Assembly (NCBI RefSeq): GCF_009914755.1
Contig: NC_060926.1
Strand: one strand, 5' to 3'
Length of the DNA stretch: 64,000 bases
From: the human T2T-CHM13v2.0 reference genome, Homo sapiens
Shown here: piece by piece, positions 54,570 through 64,000 of the stretch
Layout of the letters: every line of letters starts with the position of its first letter
How positions within the stretch are numbered: the first letter of the stretch is position 1
Notes under the pieces: generated by a model
What the model saw: only the letters and a program-made list of their open reading frames with translations
What the model was told of the DNA's origin: nothing
Database searches by the model: none
Program-made: the position numbers and the translations under genes

Positions 54570-55773
54570 CTAGGAAAAAAGCAATTCTAAAATTCTTATG
54601 GAACCAAAAAAGAGCCCACATAGTCAAAGCAAGACTAAGCAAAAAGAACAAATCTGGAGGTGTCACATTACCCAACTTCAAACTATACTATAAGGTTACA
54701 GTTGCCAAAACAGCCTGGTATTGGTATAAAAATAGGCACATAGACCAATGGAACAGAATAGAGAACCCTGAAATAAAGCCAAATACTTAGAGCCGATTGA
54801 TCTTTGACAAAGCAAACAAAAACAAAACATAAATTGGGGAAAGGACATTCTATTCAACAAATGGTGCTGGGATAATTGGCAAGCCACATGTAGAAGAATG
54901 AAACTTGATCCTCATCTCTCATCTTTTACAAAAATCAACTCAGAATGGATCAAGAACTTAAATGTAAGACCTGAAACCATAAAAATTCTAGAAGATAACA
55001 TTAGAAAACACCTTCTAGACATTGCCTTAGGAAAAGACTTCATGACCACTATCCCAAAAGCAAATGCAGCAAAAACAAAGATAACTAGATGAGACTTAAT
55101 TAAACCAAAAAACTTCTTCTGCACAGCAAAAGAAATAATCAGCGGAGTAAACAGACAAGTCACAGAGTGGGAGGAAATTTTCGCAGACTATGCATATGAC
55201 AAAGGACTAATATCCAGAATTTATAAGAAACTCAAACAAATTAGCAAGAAAAAAAGAATCCAATCAAAAAGTGGTCTGAGGACATAAATAGGCAATTCTC
55301 AAAAGAAGATATACAAGAGGTCAACAAACACATTAAAAAATGCTCAACATAACTAATGATTAAGGAAACGCAAATCAAGACCACAAAGCAATACTACCTT
55401 ACTCCTGCAAGAATGGCCATAATCAAAAAATCAAAAAATAATAGATGTTAGTGTGGATGTGGTGAAAAAGGAACACTTTTACACTGCCGGTGGGAATGTA
55501 AACTAGTACAACCACTATGGAAAACAGTATGGAGCTTCCTTAAAGAGCTAAAAGTAGATCTACCATTTGATCCAGCAAGCCCACTACTGGGTATCTACTC
55601 AGAGGAAACGAAGTCATTATAAGAAAAAGATATTTGCACATGCATGTTTATAGCAAGCAGCACAATTCACAGTCACAAAAATATGGAACTAGCCCAAATG
55701 ACCATCAATCAAAGAGTGGATAAAGAAAATGTGTATATATATATACACACACACACACACATACATTTTATAT

Positions 55774-55825
<52 letters not shown>

Positions 55826-56168
55826 CATGGAATACTACTCAGCCAAAATAAGGAATAAAATAATGGCATTTGCAGCAACCAGGATGGAACTCAAACTCAG
55901 GAATAGAAAACCAAATATCATATGTTTTTACTTAGTGGGAGCTAAGCTATGAGGACGCAAAGGCATAAGAATGATCAGTGGACTTTGGGGACTAAGAGGA
56001 AAGGGTGGGAGGGGACTGAGGGATAAAAGACTACGCATTGGTTACAATGTACACTGCTAAGGTGATGGGTGCACCAAAATCCCAGAAATAATCACTAAAA
56101 AACTTAGCCATGTAACCAAACACCACTGTTCAAAAACGTATGGAAATAAAAAACAAAAATTTAAAAAA
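54570..56168 (+). mobile_element. 5'-truncated L1PB (L1PB1-like): disrupted ORF2 C-terminal part, 3' UTR and A tail, with internal (CA)n
   Basis: GGAACCAAAAAAGAGCCC, ACTTCAAACTATACTA.AAGG and GACCAATGGAACAGAATAGAG; ORF2 peptide [27 protein letters not shown]; L1PB 3' UTR GAGCTAAGCTATGAGGACGCAAAGGCATAAGAATGAT; degenerate TSD AAACTT(C)TATTTTA(T/C)TAGTTCTT at 54548 and 56166. Confidence 0.95.
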
Positions 56169-56288
56169 CTTCTATTTTACTAGTTCTTAACAATACTTTT
56201 AACTTTCCATTTTTATTATCTTACTTGTAATCTACACAGATTTGCCAGTGACCTGAAAATTATATTAATTTATGAAAAGAGCATGAAT

Positions 56289-56601
56289 GGCCGTGTGTGG
56301 TGGCTCACGCCTGTAATCCCAGCACTTTGGGAGGCTGAGATGGGCGGATCACCTGAGGTCAGGAGTTCGAGACCAACCTGACCAACATGGAGAAACCCCG
56401 TCTCTACTAAAAAAAAAAAATACAAAATCAACCAGGCGTGGTGGTGCATGCCTGTAATCCCAGCTACTCAGGAGGCTGAGGCAGCAGAATCACTTGAACC
56501 CAGGGGGCGGAGGTTGCTGGTGAGCCGAGATCGTGCCATTGCACTCCAACCTGGGAAGCAAGAGCGAAACTCCGTCAAAAAAAAAAAAAAAAAAAGAGAG
56601 A
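56289..56601 (+). mobile_element. AluSp-like, full length
   Basis: CCTGACCAACATGGAGAAACCCC and CAAGAGCGAAACTCCGTC; TSD AAAAGAG(C/T)ATGAAT (56275-56288 and 56602-56615). Confidence 0.95.
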
Positions 56602-57689
56602 AAAAGAGTATGAATTAAATTGATTTTAAAACTGTTCCTTTTAGTGTTTACAGAATATCATAGGTTCAATATGATTTCTCACGTTAAAAAAATTGCTTAG
56701 ATTGAAAATTTCTAGGGTGCAGAGGTTATACATGATGTTAACTTTTAAAAATGGCGTTTATAATAGTCTAATACCTGCGAGGTCAGCTGTCATAGTAGAA
56801 AAAATGCTAGGTTAGAATACAGTTCTGCCCTTTTCTGGCAAAAAATGTTATTTTTGCCAAAGTCAAATAATAATCTTGAGTAAAATTCTCATTGCTTATA
56901 AGATATAATTTATAATATATATTTATTTAAAGTATATGGATAATATATTATCCTGGAATTTGCTAAATAAAGTGAAATATTTTATAAAATTATGAAGTTC
57001 CATAATGTGAAAAACAATGATTTTGATTAATGAAAATAACTTAAATATTATTTCCCCCTGTTATTCTTATTAGTATTTCATTAAATTCTATTTCATTAGC
57101 TCTTCTTTTGATTATATCAAAATTTCATTAGTACTCTATATCATATTGCATATGTATTAGTATAGATACATACCTGGTTATTCATTGTGACCTCATTACT
57201 CTTAATGATAGTGTGGTTATAGCCGGTAAAATTACTGATACTCTTGGCATTGTCTATTATTTACAGAAATCACCTTGTGTCTTAATTTTATCTACTTGCT
57301 TGTTGGATGCTTGTCTTTATGTATTTTTCCAATACTTTGCTCTAGTGCTCTGATGCTGGGCAGCCATGCAAATGTCAGAACTACTTTTTATTGATGTCAG
57401 TTTGGAAAGGGGATATCTAAAATAGCATATATTCTCAAAGTTTTGTGAAGTTACAATAAACCTCTTCCCTATTAATATACTACAGGCTTGGTCTCACTTT
57501 TTGGGAATTTATGTGGTTGATTCCTGGAAACACTGGAACAAATCTGCCACCTTTAGTGAAAAAATTCAATATCCACAATATCCACAGTCTGAATTTCCTA
57601 TAAAAGAATGTAGCATGTGATATTTAAAACTTGCCAATTTAAAAATATGTCAGGTGATTGGGCTGTAGTATTTTGAGGAATAAGCATCT

Positions 57690-57960
57690 GTGGTGAATTT
57701 TGGTCTAGATAGAGTCAGATTGCCTGGTTTTAGTTTCTATATGCCATGTAGTATTCGTGGGATTCTGGGCCAGTTGAATAACTTCCCCTGGCCTTGGTAT
57801 CTTCATATGTAAAATGAAGGTAGAAATTATACCGGTCTTATTTTTTTTAGTGGGAAAGGGAAGGATTAAATTAACAATATTAAGATATTAACAATACTAA
57901 AACATGTTAGTGGGTTTAGCACATTATCTAGTACTCTGGGACATCCAGTAAATATTAGTA
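57690..57960 (+). mobile_element. MIR
   Basis: GAGTCAGATTGCCTGGTTT, CTGGGCCAGTT...TAACTTC.C.TG.CCTTGGT.TCTTCAT.TGTAAAATG and AGTAAATATTAG. Confidence 0.7.
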
Positions 57961-58809
57961 ATTGTCATTTTTGTCATCAAAATCATTAACATCATAGGGT
58001 TCTAAGTTTAACTCAGCTTTGAGGACTAACTATGTTTTAACATCTGTAATATATACCAATTTCTTAAATAAATTCTCTAAAACTATTAATCAAGAATGGA
58101 AATTGTTTGAGATTACAACACATTTACAAGAAAACCTTTTTAGTGAGTGCCAGAAATGAAGTCTTCTTCAGTTTCAGAATGTTTTTTAGTTAACAAGTGC
58201 ACATTTAGCATGACTTGAACAAATTGCAAATCGGGTTTCTGTATGCCATTTTGGGAGGATCACATCCAAAATTTATATGTTTTGCAACCAACTTTGCCAG
58301 CCAGATCATCATAGAAGAATTTAACTAATCCTTTAATTTTTAAATGCAATAAAATGTCATAAAGTGATAAGAGGAGAAACTTTTAACTGATTGAGCCACA
58401 GTCATTTAATTAAGTTCCTTTGAACTAGACTATGAACCTGAATATAGTAGTCAGTGTTCACAATACCCCTTGTAGATTTTATTTTATCAACAACTGTAAG
58501 TTTAACTCCTAGTTGATTTAGGCCTTCTTGTTGTTGTTCTTGTTAAATAGCATTTTTGAAAGTGTTTTTCAGTAGCTTAATCATTATATGAACCATCTGC
58601 AGTAAAGCAGTATATGGCTTATAATGTTTGATAACAAAAGTTAATTATCATGACTTATCATCATCAATGAGAAGCAGAGACTGGGGACTAAGATGCTATA
58701 TATAAAGCAATACAGACTACATAAATCAATTTTTAAAAACAGAGTGAATAAGAATAATGTTTTATTATAAAGCAAACTGTAATGAAATAATTTTAAATCA
58801 GAATAACTT

Positions 58810-59290
58810 TATATCGGAAAGCTGGGTTTGATTGCAAATAGTAGAAAACCCAACCAACCATGGCTTAAATAGCTGAGTGTTTATTTTTCATCTGTAAGGA
58901 GATGTTCAGAAGCAGGCAGTCAGGCTGATCCATTTGCTCGAAGACTTCATATAAAAGCCCAGACTCCTCTTACCCTCCTTTACCGTCTGTAACACTTGCT
59001 TTTCCTAGTTGGGTTCATTGAGATGGCTGCTGCACATTTAGGAATCATTTCAGAGTTATAAGCAGAAAGCAGTTGCCCCTGCTGCTTTCTGCTTATAACT
59101 CTGAAATGATGCAACTAAGGACCAACAGGGCTTTCTCCTGGAGAGACTTTGCCATTTTATTCAGAAAAGGACATTGCCTGGGAAATTATCTCTCCATTGC
59201 ATTGGTCAGAACAACTTCCTCCCACCCCACTGACTCCAACTGGAAGAGTTAAAAAATTGAGTAGTTTTAGTTGTACATATTTTTGATTAA
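58810..59290 (-). mobile_element. Old MaLR LTR (MLT1K/L/N-like)
   Basis: TTGCAAATAGTAGAAAACCCAAC.AAC.ATGGCTTAAA, AGATGGCTGCTGCA and CATTGGTCAGAAC, typical of antisense old MLT1 LTRs. Confidence 0.65.
59044..59110. repeat. Perfect inverted repeat, 29-bp arms, 9-nt spacer
   Basis: ATCATTTCAGAGTTATAAGCAGAAAGCAG (59044-59072) is the exact reverse complement of 59082-59110. Confidence 0.97.
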
Positions 59291-60476
59291 ATTAAAGCCT
59301 TCTCTTAGTAAGAAATAATGAAATGAAGGAATGGATAATCTGAGAAAAGAGGAAATCCTTGCTCAGCCAAGTTTTAAAAGTTATGTTAATAAAGCCATAA
59401 AATGAAAAGGCATTATTTTATATACAATTTCTCAAGCTTAATAATTTAAAAGTCCAAATAATCCAATGAAGATATTTAGTATTTTTCCCATAAAAGCTAA
59501 CTTAAGTAGGAAAAATTGTGGTAGAGAGTATTAAAATTATTAGGTTTAGTGATTCGGTGTTAACCCATATTGCTTTTTTAATATGAAATAAGGCTAAGGT
59601 ATAAGTAAAGAAAACCTGCATCAACTTTTTTTTAACTACCAATGAATTTTGCAAATATAAACATTAAACCCCATATAAGGTATTATAGAAACATCAAATT
59701 TTATTGTAACCTTAATCATGCTCACATGAGAAGCTCTTTTCTCTCCATTCTTTTTAACATATTCTAGTTTGAATCTCATCATAGATTAAAAATGCCCTTC
59801 CAGTAGATGGCTCTTCATCTAAAATATATTGTCAAATCACACCCTGCACTAACCTATAATTACTCCCTATTTGAAGTATGGTGAAATAAACCTACCAAAA
59901 ATTGAAATCACATTTAAAAAGTAATTTAGCATATTTTTTCTAAAAAGAAGTAAGAATATAATTCATTTAGACTCTATGTTATGATTCTTATAATACTAGA
60001 AGAATGCCGAGTACAGAAGGATCATTTAGAGAAGAATATGATTAAATGCCTCTGAGAGTTTGAGGTTAAGGTAGCCTATTCAGATGAAGTGTCATCTCAC
60101 TAGAATTTTAAAAAGATGAATAGAATTTTAGCCAGCACCAAGAGCAAAGGCTTGAAGGAGTGATACAGTATGGTATGATTTGGGTAACATTACCTGCCCT
60201 TCTATGTGAGACAGGGTGTGAGAACTCTGAAATTCTGCCTATCAAAAATAAGAGGTGGAGTTGCCGTATCATGAAGCTATTCAAATGTATTCTTTTGGAT
60301 TAGCAAAATCCCAAACAATTTTGAAAACTCAAATTTATATGGTGAAATTTTTATGTTAGAATTAGTAGCTTTAGTTTTGTATCATTTTTACACTTTGTAC
60401 CCAGGTTCCTATGCCCATTTTTCTGTTTTGTGAATAAGAGAATTTATCTAGTTAATTCAAGGAAAATTTTTTTTTC

Positions 60477-60538
60477 TGAAATGTACAAGTTATGTACATA
60501 TTTGAGTTGAAATGTACAAGTTAAGTACATATTTGAGT
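60477..60538. repeat. 2 x 31-bp tandem duplication (1 mismatch)
   Basis: TGAAATGTACAAGTTA(T/A)GTACATATTTGAGT twice. Confidence 0.95.
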
Positions 60539-60863
60539 TAAGGCAAATAACTTCTTTGGGTATCTTTTAAATATACATAACTCATGCTTTTTTGTTTATA
60601 AATGTAAGGATGGTATCTATGTATTGCTGTCTTATATATTTGTTGTCATATGAAATTACCTTTTCAAATAGGTGATAGGTGAACAGATCTTGCTCTGGAA
60701 AAAAAAAGAGAGACACAGTTTTTGTATTCAGTACTTTTTCAAATAAAACAATCTGATTCACTTTTTTTTTTAAGTGGAGGGGATTCCAGGGTAAGCCCAT
60801 GCATTCTTAGATAAAAAATTGTCCTACCAAATGAAAATAATTCATTTCAGTGGGTCTTTGTAG

Positions 60864-61674
60864 GGTAAAAAATTATCATCATGTTCTACTGATATGTAAT
60901 GCTAGTATAGCAATAGTGTATTCATTACGATGTGCCAGGGAAGAGACTAAACATGTTAAAATACACCTTTTGTTTACTCACACCATCTCCATGAGTTAGG
61001 CAATATTTCCCCATATTTGTAAATGAGGAAATGTCAGAATAACTTGCCTCTTATAAGTCGAAGTCTCAATTTGAACTTTGACCTGCGTGATATAAGTCAA
61101 GGTACTTGCCTGTTAAGTTAAAAAGTACTGGAAATACAATTTATTAATTTTTATCTCCTTATGAAATGCAATTTGTATAGAGTTTTGTAAGAAGTGAGTT
61201 TTGCACCTTGCATACGTGTGCATTTTTTATTTCTAAATGTCTTATTTATCCCAGGACAATTTGATTGCTATGGGAATTTGTCACTGTTTCCTAATTAGAA
61301 TAGCATTTATGGGTTCTTTTATTTTTCACTTGTTATTTACTTTACTTCATGACAGTCAATATTTTTCTTACCCATTGGTGTTTGGATAAATGAAAGACAA
61401 TTGCAGACTTCAGTGGATTCTTTAGAAACAAACAAACAAAAACATCTTACAGGCTCATATTTTGGAAAAAGACTCAAAAGGCTTGTGACTTCAATCAGTT
61501 TTTTTTCCATTGTATTACCACTCAGTTTGAAGTTTTGTGTGGTAAAAAATTATCATCAGGTTCTGCTGATAGGTAATGCTAGTATAGCAATAGTGTATTC
61601 ATTACAATGTGCCAGGGAAGAGACTAAACATGTTAAAATATACCTTTTGTTTACTCACACCATCTCCATGAGTT
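60864..61674 (+). repeat. 134-bp dispersed direct repeat (60864-60997 and 61541-61674)
   Basis: Manual alignment: 5 substitutions, no indels, 677-bp offset. Confidence 0.96.
60915..61100 (-). mobile_element. Degenerate MIR
   Basis: TTAC.ATGTGCCAGG, CCATGAGTTAGG....TTTCCCCATATT...AAATGAGGAAA and TAACTTGCC. Confidence 0.55.
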
Positions 61675-62929
61675 GACATCCCAAGTAGTTCACTAGCTGC
61701 TCATTTCTATCTTCTTTGCGTTGTTTTGCTAACTGCCTATCAAAATCCAATGTGTAGCTTTGGGCCTGCTGTAAACAATCTGGCAAGATATCATTCAAAA
61801 TCATGCATTATTTACAGATCACTTGGAAGTACCAGAGATTAATCAAGGATGGAAAGCACAAAAGCACATTTAGCTTTTATCAGTGATTTGTTTTAAAAGT
61901 GGAAAATAAATCAGATGTTTAATGCATTTCTAGGAAACAGAAGCCAAGTCTGCCCAGCACAACACTGAAAAAAGCAAACTAATGAAAACTTTAGTGTTGA
62001 TTTTTGGTTAACCTATTTGTATGTATACATTTTGTTTTATAAAACCTACTCTCCTTTTTACAAACTTAGAGATAAACCAGTCATTTTACTTATGGTAAGA
62101 ACCCATATTGGGTGTTGAAACAGATTCTATCACTGGCAGATTCTATTTTACTTTTTTTATTACAAAATTATTTTTTAGTGTCTATATTTGAACTAACTAC
62201 CCTTAAACCTAATTCTCAAGTGAATGCTTTTTTAAATTAACTTACTCTATATTAATTTTAAATTTAAATTTAAAAATCTTAAGAGTCCTACTTCCTGCAA
62301 AATTAGCCTGCAGTGTTTTCCTTTTCACTGAGTTACAATGAACATTTATAATAAACAGTGAATGTTGCACTTTGTTTCCATTTTGCCTTGCAAAACAAAA
62401 ATGAGTTTTCCTAGGAAAATAAAATAAAATATAAAATAAATTTATCTTCCTGCATATTTTCATTAGTTTTAAGTTGAGGCCCTCTTTGGATGAAGGAGGA
62501 AGCCTGAGTCAGTGATATCCACTTGCGTTGTCTCAGGTGAATGAATGCTTATATAATAGAAATGTCTATGAAAAATTCCTTCTTGTCTTGAATTGAAAGG
62601 TTGAAGCCCCAAAGCTGAAATTACTGGGTAAAAAGTGCTTCATATTATAAGGAGGTGCTAGATACATTCGTGTAGGACTGTCAAAATGATTGAAAAACTG
62701 CTTCAGTGACTATTCACCCCCATTGCTAGCCTTGATTTGTGGAAGAATATTGACAAGAATTATTAATGTAGAATGTGTCAGCCTACTGGGGAGTTTGTTA
62801 TTCTGGGGCATTTCATCATTCTTATCCCATAGAAGATTGAAGAGGAGAAATCCTAGTCACAGTTCCTAGGAGACCTGACATGTGTTTGTTGGTGTTGGGG
62901 TTTGGTGTGCCTAAGTGAATATAGACCTC

Positions 62930-63116
62930 AGGAGCATCCAAGATTTATGAGTCCTGAAACTTACACAATATAAAGAACTCTGTATTACGTTTGCAAATTT
63001 TACAAACTTTCACAATGTGAACTTATTTCTAAGGCCTTTTTCAGGGATTTGGAAGAGCCTTATGCAAGGGACCCTGAAGTTTAAATTTCCTTAATTTCAA
63101 AATAAATCTACTTCTA
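62930..63116 (-). mobile_element. hAT-Tip100-like (Zaphod/MER115-type) DNA transposon remnant
   Basis: GGGACCCTGAAGTTTAAATTTCCTTAATTTCAAAATAAATCTACTTCT resembles the recalled terminal motif GGGCCCTGAAGCTTAAGCTTCATTAGCTTCACGGTAAATCCGCCTCTG; family assignment tentative. Confidence 0.4.
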
Positions 63117-64000
63117 ACAGAAAAGAATATTTGCATCCCACTTTCATGAAAATTTGCTGAAGATACCTGAGAAGACAGAATTCTGCAAGACTGAAGGCAG
63201 ATAATGTGTCTAACATTTTAAATGGCAAGGACGCCTTAGTTTGTCATAAGCTAACTGCATTCTGGAGGAAATAGCTGGAAATACTTGTCCTAAGAGGAAT
63301 TCGCCCAAAAGGACTACTTGCTGGAGGGTAGCACCTCCTCACCTTAAGAAAATCTAGGATGATTCTCCATGGTTAGAATCTGAGAAAGAAGTCATTAGAA
63401 ATACCGCTCACCCTCTCCTTCATCCTCTGCAAACAGTGAATTAGTGAAGTATCAACCACAATTAAGTGTGAGCCACCTCAAAACAAAACAAAACAAACAA
63501 CAAAGACCCTATATGTGTCCTATAAAGAAACCAGCATCTGTTGATGGCTAGAATGGAGAGCAAGACAACCAGCCTGTGTTCAACAAGATAGAATGGAGAA
63601 GTGCCTGTGTTTCACCCCTCTACTATTAATTCTCATGCCTACTGTTCTGTCCAGTTTTGTAAGAAAGAGAAGGAAAGAGGGTGAGGGAGGAGATGGAGAG
63701 AGTGAAAGGTCAGACTACACATCCCTATTGATATAGAATGAAAAAAACATTGAGAGTGAGGTTTGATTTTATAGAGTTTTGAACCACTTAGTAATAAAAG
63801 TGAGTTGTAATTATGGGCAAAGATACTGTTCTATACTGAGAAGTTACCTGAACGGCTGAGATGTTGTCAGAGTATTTAAGAATGAGGACTCAACAGAATG
63901 AATTGAACGGCAGAAAACAGAGAAAAAGGGAGACATTTTTTCCTCCCACATCAAATTCAGACTGTTCAATAAACAAGTTCCATTTATGTTTAGTCAAAAG

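Larger units (their letters stand above)
38799..64000 (+). other. KCNJ3: KCNJ3 intron after coding exon 2 (continues beyond the window)
   Basis: Starts GTGAGT. The remaining Kir3.1 C-terminus (expected to begin GMTCQARTSY) was not seen downstream in this window. Confidence 0.9.

Noticed and set aside
54696-55952. L1 ORF2-like peptides
   Set aside because: Fragments of a truncated, stop-riddled L1PB; not functional.
41698-56601. Inverted Alu pairs in intron 2 as dsRNA/editing substrates
   Set aside because: Partners are 3-11 kb apart and from different subfamilies; generic for human introns.
56836-56859. Short inverted repeat TGGCAAAAA...TTTTTGCCA
   Set aside because: Arms of about 9-10 bp that are mostly A/T runs; expected by chance in 64 kb.

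Overview
Human/primate genomic DNA (AT-rich, with Alu, L1, L2, MIR and MaLR repeats) containing the 5' part of KCNJ3 (Kir3.1/GIRK1, G-protein-gated inward-rectifier K+ channel) on the + strand. Layout: ~26 kb of repeat-rich upstream DNA; a CpG-island promoter (~26.4-28.6 kb); coding exon 1 (27752-28453, aa 1-234); a 10.1-kb intron; coding exon 2 (38582-38798, 217 nt); and the first 25 kb of a long intron 2. The final coding exon is outside the window. All other ORFs in the track are best explained as repeat-derived, antisense/GC-rich shadows or chance. I found no new protein-coding system. The most interesting sequence-level observations are a perfect 29-bp-arm hairpin with a template-switch signature (59044-59110), a 134-bp non-tandem local duplication (60864-60997 / 61541-61674), and an in-frame internal splice donor in exon 2 that would give a 19-nt microexon. 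Also notable are read-through stops after both donors (253-aa and 308-aa truncated GIRK1 forms) and candidate upstream non-coding first exons. Repeat family names were recognised by eye, so subfamilies and boundaries are approximate.
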